From an uncultured Acidobacteriota bacterium (GTDB lineage: Bacteria > Acidobacteriota > Vicinamibacteria > Fen-336), in assembly GCA_963720545.1 (NCBI GenBank), contig OY970399.1, forward strand, positions 64,001-128,000: a stretch of 64,000 nucleotides of DNA, read 5' to 3'. The notes beneath the pieces are model-generated. The model made no database searches, was not told where the DNA came from, and saw only the letters and a program-made list of their open reading frames with translations. Shown here piece after piece: positions 48,069-58,313 of this stretch (its first letter is position 1; each line of letters opens with the position of its first letter). Position numbers and translations under genes: made by a program.

Positions 48069-48374
48069 CTAGGAGCGCAGCAGCGAGACCACGAACTCGG
48101 CCGTGCCGGCCGGCCCGTCGAGGCTCACTCGCATGACGTCGTCGGCGTCCCAGCCGAGCGTGAACGACAGAAACGGACAGCAGCGGCGCTCCAGTCCGAT
48201 CCATTCGGCGAGGTCCCCAAAGGCGGCCGGCGAACGTGCGAAGCGCAGGGTCGTCGTCTCGCCGGACTGCTGAAGCTCGAGATGGTTGCGGCGCACCCAG
48301 TCGAGGAGAGCCTGCTGGCGCACGCGCTCGGCGGCGTCAAGCGCGTCCCGGTCGCATGCAATCGGCCGTGTCAT
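48069..48374 (-). CDS. Small hypothetical protein with PIAC and ERxCCPF motifs
   Basis: ATGA overlap with the LOG gene stop; MTRPIACD...LERRCCPFLSF. Confidence 0.8.
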   Translation of the reverse strand: MTRPIACDRDALDAAERVRQQALLDWVRRNHLELQQSGETTTLRFARSPAAFGDLAEWIGLERRCCPFLSFTLGWDADDVMRVSLDGPAGTAEFVVSLLRS

Positions 48375-48937
48375 GACCACTTGTTGGCCGGCGGCGGCGC
48401 CGGCGACGCGACCAGCCGCAACGCCGACTCGACCGAGTCGGCAACCAGAATGAGGGAGCGGTTGCCGGCGTGCAGCAGGCCTTCGCGCACGGCACCGTCG
48501 AGGAAGTGCAGCAGCGGATCGAAGAAGCCGGCGATGTTGACGAGCACGCACGGCTTGGCGTGATAGCCGAGCTGAGCCCAGGTGAGCGCCTCGAAGAACT
48601 CGTCCATCGTGCCGTAGCCGCCCGGCAGCGCGATGAACGCGTCCGACAGCGTCGCCATCATCGCCTTGCGCTCGTGCATCGTCGTCACCAGGTGCAGCTG
48701 CGTGAGCCCGGTGTGCGCCACCTCGCGTTCCGCCATCGAGCGGGGCATGATGCCGATGACCGAGCCGCCGGCGGCGAGCGCCGCGTCGGCGACGGCCCCC
48801 ATGAGGCCGACGTGCGCGCCGCCGTAGACGACCCCAAGGCCGCGGCGGGCGAGGCTTGCACCGAGTTCGGTCGCGGCCGCCATGAACCGGGGGTCGCGGC
48901 CGCGGCTCGAGGCGCAGAAGACGCAGACACTCTTCAT
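48371..48937 (-). CDS. LOG family nucleotide 5'-monophosphate phosphoribohydrolase (TIGR00730)
   Basis: VCVFCASS.G, VYGGAHVGLMG, MHERK, LPGGYGTMDEFFE, WAQLG.H.KP. Confidence 0.95.
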   Translation of the reverse strand: MKSVCVFCASSRGRDPRFMAAATELGASLARRGLGVVYGGAHVGLMGAVADAALAAGGSVIGIMPRSMAEREVAHTGLTQLHLVTTMHERKAMMATLSDAFIALPGGYGTMDEFFEALTWAQLGYHAKPCVLVNIAGFFDPLLHFLDGAVREGLLHAGNRSLILVADSVESALRLVASPAPPPANKWS

Positions 48938-48982
48938 CGGGGTGCGGTGATTTTACGTCTGGCGCGCCCGCGAGGCTGGCCG

Positions 48983-50506
48983 CTAGTGAAGTGGGTAGGC
49001 CTCGAGCGTGCCGTTCACGTTGGGAAACACCACCACCGTCCCGCTGATTGCACCGGAGCCGGGGTAGCCGGAGACGAACGCGTCCACCGGTTTTTCGGCT
49101 GGCCGGCGCCAGCGGATGGCGCCTGTGGCGCGGTCGAGAGCCAGCACGCCGCCGGTGTGCGAGGTGGCGTACTTGCGCGCGCCGGCGGTGCCGACGAACA
49201 CGGTGTCCGAGGTGAGGGCCGGGGTGCCCCAGGCCCAGCCGAGGACATCCGTCTCCCAGCGCGGTTCGCCGCTGAGCGGATCGATGGCGCGCACCGCCCG
49301 CAGGTCGGAGGAGCCGACGTAGTAGGTGCCGTTTGCCAGCGCACCCGTCGCCTCCACCCACGAGAACCAGTGATAGCGCGCCCACTGCGGCTTGCCAGTC
49401 GCGGCGTCGAGCGCGGTGAGCCAGGAACTGCGGCTGCCCGCGAGCACGAAGTTGCCGGCGACAACGGGGGCCGAGGTCGCGGGGCCACCGGTGTCGAAGC
49501 GCCACAACTCCGCACCGCTGCGGCGATCGAGAGCGCGCACGAGGTTGTCCTGGGCGGCCACGAACACCCGGTCGTTCGCGACCGCGACGGCGGTGCGCAC
49601 CTTCGCGCCCACGGGATGCCTCCAGAGCGAATGGCCAGTGTCGGCCGCGAGCGCGTGCACGACACCGTCGGCGGAAACGACGTAGATGGTGTTGCCGGCG
49701 AGTACCGGCGTCGCGCCCTGGAAATCGAACTCAAACGCGTTTTCGCCTGGCAGCTCGCGCGGTGCTGTTTCCGGAGTGCCAAGCGTGGCGCGCCAGCGTT
49801 CCTTGCCCGTCCGACGGTCGAGGCAGTGCAGCACCGCGCCGTCGTCATAAACGAAGACGCTGTCACCGGCGACGAGTGGAGCGCCGTAGAGCGGCGCCCC
49901 GAGCGCAGCGACCCACGTGGGCTTGCCGGTTGCCGACGTCACGGCATGCATGCGGCCCCCCTTGTCGCCCGCGAACACGGTGCCGTCCGCGACCGCGACC
50001 GGCGCCCAGAGCGCGGCACCGGCCGCGTAGGACCAAACGGGCTGCGGTCCCGCCGGAATGGCCGGTTCTGGCGGCGCCTGCGGCAGGTCGCGTTCCCGGC
50101 GGGCGGTGAGGACGACGCGCGGGTCGCCCAGTTCGCCGCGCAGGGTCGCAGTGTCGCCTTGTCCCTCGCGGCGCAGCGTCACCTTCCAGTCGGGAAGCGC
50201 CCAGGTTCCGTCCGGCGCCATCTCGACGTAGCCGATCGCCATGCGCCACGCGTGCAGGGGCGGCAGCGTGGCGTAGAGCAGCACCCCGTGCTTCGCTTCG
50301 CTGAACTCGAGCCCCACGACCGCGGATTGCTTGCCGACGCTCGCATTGCCGAGCCAGGCGCCGAGGAGCGGCGTGGCTTCGGCAACCGTCGCGGGACGGC
50401 GCTCATGGGCGCGCAGCGCCGTGGCGGCGCTGAATACGATCAGCGCGCTGAACACACCTGCAAAAATTGAAGCGGTAGTTTTCAACGGAGCCTCCACCGC
50501 AAGCAA
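48983..50506 (-). CDS. Secreted PQQ-like/BamB-type beta-propeller protein
   Basis: Repeated A.D..TG...W blades after an N-terminal domain; start codon uncertain. Confidence 0.85.
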   Translation of the reverse strand: MLAVEAPLKTTASIFAGVFSALIVFSAATALRAHERRPATVAEATPLLGAWLGNASVGKQSAVVGLEFSEAKHGVLLYATLPPLHAWRMAIGYVEMAPDGTWALPDWKVTLRREGQGDTATLRGELGDPRVVLTARRERDLPQAPPEPAIPAGPQPVWSYAAGAALWAPVAVADGTVFAGDKGGRMHAVTSATGKPTWVAALGAPLYGAPLVAGDSVFVYDDGAVLHCLDRRTGKERWRATLGTPETAPRELPGENAFEFDFQGATPVLAGNTIYVVSADGVVHALAADTGHSLWRHPVGAKVRTAVAVANDRVFVAAQDNLVRALDRRSGAELWRFDTGGPATSAPVVAGNFVLAGSRSSWLTALDAATGKPQWARYHWFSWVEATGALANGTYYVGSSDLRAVRAIDPLSGEPRWETDVLGWAWGTPALTSDTVFVGTAGARKYATSHTGGVLALDRATGAIRWRRPAEKPVDAFVSGYPGSGAISGTVVVFPNVNGTLEAYPLH

Positions 50507-50539
50507 CGAACGTGACGCGGTGAAGGTTCGCTTTACCAG

Positions 50540-51247
50540 CTAGGAGACCCACCCCCGGCCCTGGTACTCCATGTAGTCGGCCGTCGCCTGCGCGGCCGCT
50601 TCACCGAAGTACGCGGCAACGACGCGCAGCGCCATGTCGATCCCTGAGGTCAGACCGCCGGCGGAGGCGAGCCGCTCCCTCTCGTTCCACACGAAGCGCG
50701 TGCCGCGTTTCAGCGCCACTTCGGGGAAGCGCGTCGCGAAGTCCTCGTAGAAGTCGTGATGCGTGGTCGCGTCGAGCCCCTTCAGCAGGCCGGTCTTCGC
50801 GAGCAGGAAGGCGCCGGTGCACACCGACATCGTCAGGTCGGCGCGCGCATGCGACTTGCGGATCCAGGCGAGCGTCTCGTCCGACCGCCCGCCCTGCGCT
50901 GGAATCACCACCACGCTCGGTTGCGGTGCGTCGGCGAAAGTGAAGTTGGGGACGATGCGCATGCCCGCGGACGCGGTAATCGGCTCGGCCGTTTGCGCCA
51001 CGGTGTACAGGTTGAACGCCATGCGCCGCATGGGGCCCGCCACCACCGCGTCCTGGAACACTTCCCACGGCCCGCAGAAGTCGATGATCGTGGCGCCATC
51101 CGAAATCAGGACCGCGACGTTGATCGCGCTGCCCGGATCCTTGAGCACAGTCCGTGAGGCCGGCGAGGTCGCTTGAGCCGAGACCAGCCTCCAGGCGGCC
51201 ATGCCGCCTGCCGCGCCCATGAGCCCGACCATCTCTCTTCGCCGCAT
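50540..51247 (-). CDS. DJ-1/PfpI family protein (isonitrile-hydratase-like) with Tat-like signal
   Basis: MRRREMVG signal; IDFCGPWEVF, SVCTGAFLLA, ATTHH, SAGGLTSGIDMAL. Confidence 0.9.
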   Translation of the reverse strand: MRRREMVGLMGAAGGMAAWRLVSAQATSPASRTVLKDPGSAINVAVLISDGATIIDFCGPWEVFQDAVVAGPMRRMAFNLYTVAQTAEPITASAGMRIVPNFTFADAPQPSVVVIPAQGGRSDETLAWIRKSHARADLTMSVCTGAFLLAKTGLLKGLDATTHHDFYEDFATRFPEVALKRGTRFVWNERERLASAGGLTSGIDMALRVVAAYFGEAAAQATADYMEYQGRGWVS

Positions 51248-51287
51248 CGTATTCACGACGCTAGCGGGCGAGGTGGTGCCTGGTCTG

Positions 51288-52100
51288 TTACGAACGAAAC
51301 CGCGATGCGCGGAACAGGGCGGGAGTGGTGCCGGTGACGCGGCGGAACACCTTGGTGAAATGGCTCTGGTCGGTGAAGCCGCAGTCTTGTGCGAGGTCGA
51401 TGAGTTCGGGGTCGCCCTGCAACAGGCGCGCGCAGGCGCGGCGGATGCGCTCGCGCTGCAGGTAGCCGCCGATCGACACACCGTGCGCGCGGCGAAAGGC
51501 GCGTGCCAGCGCCACCGGGTGCACGCGTACCGACGCGGCGAGCTCGCCAAGGGACAGTTTGTCCGGGAAAGCGTCGCGCAAGGCGTCCTCGATCTTGCGC
51601 AGCCAGGCCGCCGGCACGCGCGCGGTGTCGCCGTTGATGGCGCCCACCAGTTCGGCGCCGAGCGAATCGAGAACCAGGTCGGAGGCCGCGGTGCCGAGGC
51701 GATGCTCGCGCAGCAGCCGCAGGCACAGCCAGACGAGCTCGCCACGGCCGTCTTCGTGGCGGGGCCTGGCGCCGCCGTGCCCCGGGTCGAGCATGGCCGA
51801 GAGCGGCGTGCCCAGCTCGATCATGAGGAAGCGCGCACCGGCCGGGCCGACTGCGTCCGAGTGCGGCGCGCCGGCCGGACGCCAGCCGACGGTCAGCGGT
51901 TCGTAGGAAACGGCGCTGCGACGGTCGGCCTCGCGGTAGTCGCCCGTGAGAAGCAGAGACAGGAGTGGCCGTTCATGGACGTGTTCGGGATGCTCGCGGC
52001 GCACGGCGTGGCGCAGCAGCGACAAACGAAGGGCCGCGGTTTCCCGCGGCCCCTGGACTTCACCGTAGAAACGTCCGCTCGAGAGCTCGGCAGTTCCCAC
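51288..52100 (-). CDS. AraC family transcriptional regulator
   Basis: Cupin HVHE; VHPVALARAFRR..G.SIG.Y, CGFTDQSHFTKVFRR.TG.TP. Confidence 0.93.
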   Translation of the reverse strand: MGTAELSSGRFYGEVQGPRETAALRLSLLRHAVRREHPEHVHERPLLSLLLTGDYREADRRSAVSYEPLTVGWRPAGAPHSDAVGPAGARFLMIELGTPLSAMLDPGHGGARPRHEDGRGELVWLCLRLLREHRLGTAASDLVLDSLGAELVGAINGDTARVPAAWLRKIEDALRDAFPDKLSLGELAASVRVHPVALARAFRRAHGVSIGGYLQRERIRRACARLLQGDPELIDLAQDCGFTDQSHFTKVFRRVTGTTPALFRASRFRS

Positions 52101-52115
52101 GGCCTGCGTGCTTCG

Positions 52116-52703
52116 TTACTTCTGGACCGAAACCGTCGTGAGCCGCACCGGCTGGGTGCCGTAGTCCTCGATCTCGAGCACCTTCGACGACTTGTCGTAG
52201 GTCACCTTGGCGGCGCGTTCCAGCTTGCCTTCGCCCTTGCCGTCGGCGTGCAGGTGGACTTCGCAGACCAGGTACTCGTACTCGGACGAACGGGTGTTGT
52301 TGGCGCGCTCGAAAAAGCTCATCGGCCGGTCGGTGAGGAAGAAGATCTTGCGGCCGCCGCCCGGCAGATCTTCCATGCGCGCGAACTGGATGTCCCAGCC
52401 GAGGCTGGTGCGCGTGCGGATGAAGCCGGCGCGGGGCTTGAAGTCCTGCACCACGTCGAGCAGGTCGCTCGGCTTCTTCTCCACCAGCGTGTCGATGATC
52501 TTCTTCTGCTCGTCGTCGGTCGACCAGCGCTCGATCACGATCTCGAGGGTCTGGGCCCCGGTGCGGCCGAAGCCGGACATGTTGACCGCGACGGCGTCGA
52601 GACGCAGCACGGATTCGGCCGCCGCCGCGTTGCGGGCGGGAGCGCCGGCAAGCAGCAAGGCGCCGACTGTGACCGCGGTGAAGTGCTTCGTTGTGCTACG
52701 CAT
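52116..52703 (-). CDS. Secreted hypothetical protein
   Basis: GGAGG RBS, signal peptide, strong codon bias; IERWSTD.E, TDRPMSF.E, GKGEGKL. Confidence 0.8.
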   Translation of the reverse strand: MRSTTKHFTAVTVGALLLAGAPARNAAAAESVLRLDAVAVNMSGFGRTGAQTLEIVIERWSTDDEQKKIIDTLVEKKPSDLLDVVQDFKPRAGFIRTRTSLGWDIQFARMEDLPGGGRKIFFLTDRPMSFFERANNTRSSEYEYLVCEVHLHADGKGEGKLERAAKVTYDKSSKVLEIEDYGTQPVRLTTVSVQK

Positions 52704-52843
52704 TGGACTGAAACCTCCCTCGAGCCTGGCGCTCGTAACCGGCCGCCCTCAGCGATCTTAGCGATCTGCCAGCGGGCCGCCATTCACTGGCATGGACGGA
52801 ACCGCTGCAGGGATCGTTCCCGCCAGGGCGGGTGCTGCAATCT

Positions 52844-54637
52844 TTAACCGGCGAACCGCCACTTGCTGCGGAAATCGCTTGCCGGAGCCTCTTTTTTGAG
52901 GAGGGCACGCAGCATTTCCACGGGAATCGGGCCTTCGCGCAGGATGCGGTCGTGGAACGCCCGGTTCGTCATCTTGCCGGTCGTCACGAGTTCCTGGTGG
53001 AGCGCCCGCAGCTGCAGGGCGCCGAGCATGTAGGCCGCCTGGTAAAGCGGTGAGTACTCGCCGCCGAACGAGCGGCGCACTTCGCCTTCCGCCGTCCAGC
53101 GCTCGTGCCCGACGCGGTCGACGAGCAACTGCACGCACTGCTCGGGTGTCATCGTGCCGAGGTGGAACGACAACGAAAAGATGATGCGAGCGCAGCGGTG
53201 CATGCGCCAGAACAGCATGCCGACCCGGTCTTCGGCCGAGCGCGGGAAGCCCTCGTCGTAGAGCATGAACTCGAACCAGAGCGCCCAGCCTTCGACAAAG
53301 AACGGCGTGCGGAACGAGCGCCTTTGGGTGCTGTAGCGAGCCGCCATGAAGCCTTGCAGGTGATGGCCGGGAATCAGCTCGTGGTGGACCACCGCCCGCG
53401 AGAAGTGTTCGTTGTTGGAGCGGATGCTGTCGATCTTCTCCGACTGCGTCATCGTGTCGGTGGGGTAGGCGATCTGCAGCGTCTCACCGCCGAGGAAGAA
53501 GGGCGCCACTTTCTGCCGCTCGGGCGACAGCATGTCCCAGCCCCAGATGTCGGCGGCGAGCGGCGGCACCGTGACGAGGTTCTTCTTCTCGACGTAGTCG
53601 ATCGCCTCGAGCGCGAGGCGGCGCGCGACGTCCACCTGCCCGCCGGGCGGCACCGACTCGCTGCGCACCTTGTCGAGCGCCTTCTTCCAGTCGTCGCCAA
53701 AGCCCATCTCCCGCGAAGCCTTCTTCATCTCGCCTTCGCACCAGGCCATCTCGCGGTTCGCGATGTCGATGAGTTCCTCGGGCGAGTACGGGATCATCTC
53801 GGCTTCCAGTTCCTCGCCCAGGCCGGCGCGGCCGATCGGTTCGCCGATGATGGGATCGGTGGCGCCCGCGACGACGCCGATGACGCCCACGCGTAGCGCA
53901 TTCGTGTAGTCGTCGAGGCCCTTGCCGAAACGGGCGTAGGGATCGCGGACCCACCAGGAAAAAAGCGGATCGAAGTGATCGTAGTGGTCGTACCACGAGG
54001 CCAGCGCGATGCGCAGTTCCTTCATGCGCTCGATCGCGCGCGCGGCGATCACCGGCGACGGCCTGGCACCGCCGCCGGCGACTGCGCGCTGCGCCCCTTC
54101 CAGCTCGACGAGCCCGTCCGCCAGCACCTGCGCCGAGCCGCGCGGATCGACGCTTTCGAGGCGGCGCCGTGCTTCGGGCAGCGCCTGCACCTTCTCGAGG
54201 AACGGCAGGTACGGACGCGCTTCCTCGGTGAGCTGCTGTTCGCGATCGAGCGCCCGCAGCTCGCGGAGCAGCTGCGTGTGCAGCAGCGTGCGATCGACCT
54301 TGCCGGCGACGCTCAGGTTGTCGAAGGCGACCGCGTCGAGGCGCTGCTGCCAGGCCTTGTAGAACTCGCGCATCCGCTCGCGGCGCTGCGGGCCCTGGGG
54401 CACGCTCCACAGCCGCAGCAGCGCCGCCCGGTCGTTGGCGTAGCGTTCGAGCAGCGGTGCCAGCTCGCTCGGGTCGGGCACCGTGAGGTCGTCGCTGCCG
54501 GGCAGGTAGCTCGCGGCTTCGCGCTGCGCCGCACGCGACGCGGCTGGGGTCGCCAAAGGCGATGCCGCGGGACCGGAAGCAGCACCGGCAGCGCCCATCG
54601 AACACAGCGCCGCCGCGGTCAGGAGGTGAAGTTTCAT
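52844..54637 (-). CDS. DUF885 family metallopeptidase-like protein
   Basis: HELIPGHHLQ, FVEGWALW.E, WRMHRCAR, YQAAYMLG; signal peptide. Confidence 0.9.
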   Translation of the reverse strand: MKLHLLTAAALCSMGAAGAASGPAASPLATPAASRAAQREAASYLPGSDDLTVPDPSELAPLLERYANDRAALLRLWSVPQGPQRRERMREFYKAWQQRLDAVAFDNLSVAGKVDRTLLHTQLLRELRALDREQQLTEEARPYLPFLEKVQALPEARRRLESVDPRGSAQVLADGLVELEGAQRAVAGGGARPSPVIAARAIERMKELRIALASWYDHYDHFDPLFSWWVRDPYARFGKGLDDYTNALRVGVIGVVAGATDPIIGEPIGRAGLGEELEAEMIPYSPEELIDIANREMAWCEGEMKKASREMGFGDDWKKALDKVRSESVPPGGQVDVARRLALEAIDYVEKKNLVTVPPLAADIWGWDMLSPERQKVAPFFLGGETLQIAYPTDTMTQSEKIDSIRSNNEHFSRAVVHHELIPGHHLQGFMAARYSTQRRSFRTPFFVEGWALWFEFMLYDEGFPRSAEDRVGMLFWRMHRCARIIFSLSFHLGTMTPEQCVQLLVDRVGHERWTAEGEVRRSFGGEYSPLYQAAYMLGALQLRALHQELVTTGKMTNRAFHDRILREGPIPVEMLRALLKKEAPASDFRSKWRFAG

Positions 54638-54728
54638 GGGCCGGGATGATAGTTCAGGTCGCGGCCGCCGAGGATGTCCTCGCGCACGCGCGCAACCCCC
54701 TGCGCGACGCCGGAAACCCCGCGTGTCG

Positions 54729-55403
54729 CTAGGCCGCGTCCACTCGCCCAGCGCCGTCCCCGGGCTCGCCCAGGAACTCGACCCACGCCTTTTTCATGCA
54801 GGGATAATGCTTCGACGCCTCGACCAAGTCGAGGAACGCTGCCAGATTCTGCTCGAAGCGGACCACAAGCTTCTGGTCCACAAGCGTGCCGGTGTCGGTG
54901 AACGCCTGGTGCGCTTGGGCAAGCGAGAACATGTGCGGGAAGACACGCGAGCCCAGGTGCTCGAGGGGCACACGCAGCGACCAGAGCCCGCGGTTGCCGC
55001 CCGCCATCGAAGGCGATGCCGACATGAGGAGCCCGTGGCGCGCGTTAAATGGCTGCGGGCGCACGCGGGACACCCAGTCGATCGCGTTTTTCAGGTGGCC
55101 AGGGATGGATGCGTTGTACTCGGGTGAGGCGATGACGAAGGCGTCGGTCGCCTCCACGCGCCGGTTCAGCTCGCGCGATCCGGGCGGGATGCCGTCCCGA
55201 GCCTCTAAATCCTGGTCGTACGACGGACCATCGAACTCGCGCATCGTGGCGAAGTCGACAACGGCACCGTGGCGCTCAGCCACTGCGCGGGCCAGGAGCG
55301 CGAGTCGCGTGTTGAAGGAGTCCGCCCTCAGCGATGCGGAGAAGACCAGGAGCCGAACCGGCCCCGGCCGCGGCGTTCGACTCTTTGTTGCTCCCATAGT
55401 CAT
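54729..55403 (-). CDS. NADPH-dependent FMN reductase
   Basis: SASLR..SFN, IASPEYNASIPG.LKNAIDW.SR, SASP...GG.RG; GGAGG RBS. Confidence 0.93.
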   Translation of the reverse strand: MTMGATKSRTPRPGPVRLLVFSASLRADSFNTRLALLARAVAERHGAVVDFATMREFDGPSYDQDLEARDGIPPGSRELNRRVEATDAFVIASPEYNASIPGHLKNAIDWVSRVRPQPFNARHGLLMSASPSMAGGNRGLWSLRVPLEHLGSRVFPHMFSLAQAHQAFTDTGTLVDQKLVVRFEQNLAAFLDLVEASKHYPCMKKAWVEFLGEPGDGAGRVDAA

Positions 55404-55650
55404 TGACCTCCGCTCGCCTCGCTCAGCCAACGCGACGGCGAAGTCACGTTGTTTGTAGCATGGCTCGCGGTCTTCGCGTTGTCCATGGCCGGGGTGGGTT
55501 CGCCCTTGACTCGGCATCGATCCTCCGCCGACGGGCTGGCGGCCACGCCCCCGCGGGCTCAGCGAGCGCCACGGCAGATGCGCTATGTGCGGACCATGCG
55601 ATTCACGACCCCAGAGCCGGGGGTCTCACACGTCGCGGAAACGACCGTCG

Positions 55651-57342
55651 CTACTCGCCGGGCGGCGCGTCGTAGAGACGCGCGCGGAGTGCTTCTCGGT
55701 GAGCCGCCGCCTGCACCGGATCAAGAGCGTCGCCCGCGGTCACTGCCTCGGCGAGAGCGACTCCCACCTCGGCTTCTCCGACCGCCACCACGCTCGCACC
55801 CGCGCTGCGCAGCGCCTTCGCATCCCGCAGGTGGGCGCACCGGGCCAGCACCCGCAGCTCGGGATTGAGTTGGCGCGCCTGCCGCACGATCTCCGGTGCT
55901 TCGTCGACGTCCGTGCTCAGCACGAGGCTGGCGGCGATCGCGATGCCGGCTTCGTCGAGCGTGCCCGTCCTCAGGACGTCACCATACACGGCCTTGATTC
56001 CCCGATCGCGCAGCTCGCGCACGGTTTCGAGGTTCAGGTCCACAACCGTGACTTCGGCTCCCCGATCGGTCAGAAGCTGGTACACGATGCGGCCCACCGG
56101 TCCGTACCCCACGAGGATCGAGCGCCGCGGATCCATGGCCGCCCCTTCGGGCTTTGCGGCCGGGGCGAGGTCCAGGGTCGGCAGTGCGCGGCGCCGGGCC
56201 CAGCCATAGACGGTGGGGTTCAGCGCGATCGAGATGATGGATGCCGCCACCAGCGCGTCCCAGCCGGTGTCGGTAACGAGCCCCAGCTGGTGGGCGACGG
56301 TGCCCAGTATGAAGCTGAACTCGCCGACCTGCGAGAAGGCCGCTGCCACGGGGAGAGCGAGAGACATCGAGGTGCCCAGCGCGCGTACGGTGATGAAGGC
56401 GGCCAGCGGCTTGACGACGATCACGACGAGCAGTACCAACGCGACGGGCAACGGCGCGTCCACGAGAGTGCGCGGATTGAAGAGCATTCCGATGGAGACG
56501 AAAAACAGCACGGCGAACGCATCGCGCATCGGTATGGCGTCGATCGCGGCGCGCGCCGCGAAGTCGGTTCGTCCCACCGCGAGCCCGGCCAGGAAGGCAC
56601 CCAACTCCATCGACACGCCGAAGATGCCAGCCGCGCCGACGGCGATACCCACGGCCAGGACTAGCACAGCCAGCGTGAACAGCTCGCGGGAGCGCGTCCG
56701 CTCGATCTTCCCGAGCGCCCATGGAACCACGGATCGGCCGAGCACGACCACCGTGACGACGAGCCCTACGATCTTCGCGCCTGCCATCGCCAGGGCTTGC
56801 CCGGCGGTCGTACCAGTGCCGCCGCTACCGAAGAAGATGGGCAGCAGCAGCAGCGCGGCCACGGTCAGGATGTCTTCGACGACCGTCCAACCGATCGCGA
56901 TGTTACCGATTGGCGCATGGAGGTCACGCCAGTCGGCGAGGACGAGGGCCATCACCACGGTGCTCGCCACCGAGACGGCCAGGCCGAGGATGATTCCCGC
57001 CGTCCAGCTCCAGCCCACGAGGTGGAGCAGTCCGGCGAGCGCAGTGGTCGAGAGGGTGCTCTGGATGAGGGCGCCCGGCACCGCCACTCGCCACACGGCG
57101 ATCAGCTCGTGCAAGTGGAAGCGCAGGCCCATTCCGAAAAGAAGCAAGATCACGCCGATCTCGGCGAACTGTCGGGCAATCTCGCGGTCGGCGACGAAGC
57201 CGGGGGTGAAAGGGCCCACCAGGACGCCTGCCATCAGGTATCCGACGATGGGCGACAGCGCCAGCCGGTTCGCAAGGTACCCAAGGAGCAGAGCGCCGGC
57301 CAGTGCCGCGATGAGCGTCAGCAGCGTGGAGAGATCGTGCAT
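55651..57342 (-). CDS. CPA2 cation:proton antiporter with TrkA-N domain (YbaL-like)
   Basis: SPIVGYLMAG..VGP.TPGF, AEIGVILLLF.MGL, SVASTVV, LGAFLAG, SQVGEFSF, VGYGPVG. Confidence 0.93.
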   Translation of the reverse strand: MHDLSTLLTLIAALAGALLLGYLANRLALSPIVGYLMAGVLVGPFTPGFVADREIARQFAEIGVILLLFGMGLRFHLHELIAVWRVAVPGALIQSTLSTTALAGLLHLVGWSWTAGIILGLAVSVASTVVMALVLADWRDLHAPIGNIAIGWTVVEDILTVAALLLLPIFFGSGGTGTTAGQALAMAGAKIVGLVVTVVVLGRSVVPWALGKIERTRSRELFTLAVLVLAVGIAVGAAGIFGVSMELGAFLAGLAVGRTDFAARAAIDAIPMRDAFAVLFFVSIGMLFNPRTLVDAPLPVALVLLVVIVVKPLAAFITVRALGTSMSLALPVAAAFSQVGEFSFILGTVAHQLGLVTDTGWDALVAASIISIALNPTVYGWARRRALPTLDLAPAAKPEGAAMDPRRSILVGYGPVGRIVYQLLTDRGAEVTVVDLNLETVRELRDRGIKAVYGDVLRTGTLDEAGIAIAASLVLSTDVDEAPEIVRQARQLNPELRVLARCAHLRDAKALRSAGASVVAVGEAEVGVALAEAVTAGDALDPVQAAAHREALRARLYDAPPGE

Positions 57343-57498
57343 GGCGGGTAACGGAGTATAAAGCCTGGACTTGATGCCTTCGTCGACCCCGACAGTTCTG
57401 ACACTCCGGTTGACCATGTCAGGCCGTGTCAGTGTGGCATTCGGGTCGGGTCCCGGGGCATCGTACTGGAGCGGGATAGAATTCGTGGCCGAACGGAC

Positions 57499-57765
57499 AT
57501 GGCGACGAAGCGATTTCTGGTGCGCGGTCGAGTGCAGGGGGTCGGCTACCGGTACTTCGCCCTGAAGACGGCGGAGGAACTGGGCGTCACCGGCTTCGCG
57601 CGCAACATGATCGACGGTTCCGTCGAAGTGGTTGCCGCCGCCGGCGACGAGGTCCTGGCGCGTTACGAGGAGTTGCTGCGCAAAGGCCCGGCCTTCGCGC
57701 GGGTCGCGAGCGTGGAAGCCGCGGCGGCGCCCGACCGCGGCGACCTCCGGTTCGAGGTGCGATGA
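57499..57765 (+). CDS. acyP: Acylphosphatase
   Basis: V.GRVQGVGYR, G.ARN..DGSVEV, GP..A.V. Confidence 0.95.
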   Translation: MATKRFLVRGRVQGVGYRYFALKTAEELGVTGFARNMIDGSVEVVAAAGDEVLARYEELLRKGPAFARVASVEAAAAPDRGDLRFEVR

Positions 57766-58313
57766 ACTTCCTGCGCAGCCTGAGCCGCGAAGAGGCAGTC
57801 GCCGCCCTCAAGGCGTCGATTCGCGACGTCCCCGATTTTCCGAAGCCCGGCATCGTCTTCAAGGACGTGACGACGCTGCTGCGCGACGGTGCGCTGCTGC
57901 GCCTCTGCGCCGACCAGTTGGTCGAGCTCTGCGCCGGGCGCACCATCGACAAGGTGGTGGCGGTGGAGAGCCGCGGATTCATCTTCGGCGCGATGGTCGC
58001 CGAGCGCATCGGTGCCGGCTTCGTGCCGGTGCGCAAGCCGGGCAAGCTGCCGGCACTCACCTTCTCGGCGAGCTACGCGCTCGAATACGGCACCGACGCG
58101 GTGCACATGCACCGCGACGCGCTGGAACGCGGCGACTCGGTGCTGGTGGTGGACGACGTCATCGCCACCGGCGGCACCGCCGCCGCCACCGTGGAACTCG
58201 TGGAAACAGCGGGCGGTGTGGTAAACGCGTGCCTGTTCCTCGTCGAGCTGACGTTCCTGCACGGCCGCGACCGGCTGCCCGGCCGCGACGTGCAGAGCCT
58301 GATCAGCTTCTAG
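57762..58313 (+). CDS. apt: Adenine phosphoribosyltransferase
   Basis: IRDVPDFPKPGIVFKD, ESRGF, RKPGKLP, Y.LEYG, VDDVIATGGT. Confidence 0.97.
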   Translation: MNFLRSLSREEAVAALKASIRDVPDFPKPGIVFKDVTTLLRDGALLRLCADQLVELCAGRTIDKVVAVESRGFIFGAMVAERIGAGFVPVRKPGKLPALTFSASYALEYGTDAVHMHRDALERGDSVLVVDDVIATGGTAAATVELVETAGGVVNACLFLVELTFLHGRDRLPGRDVQSLISF

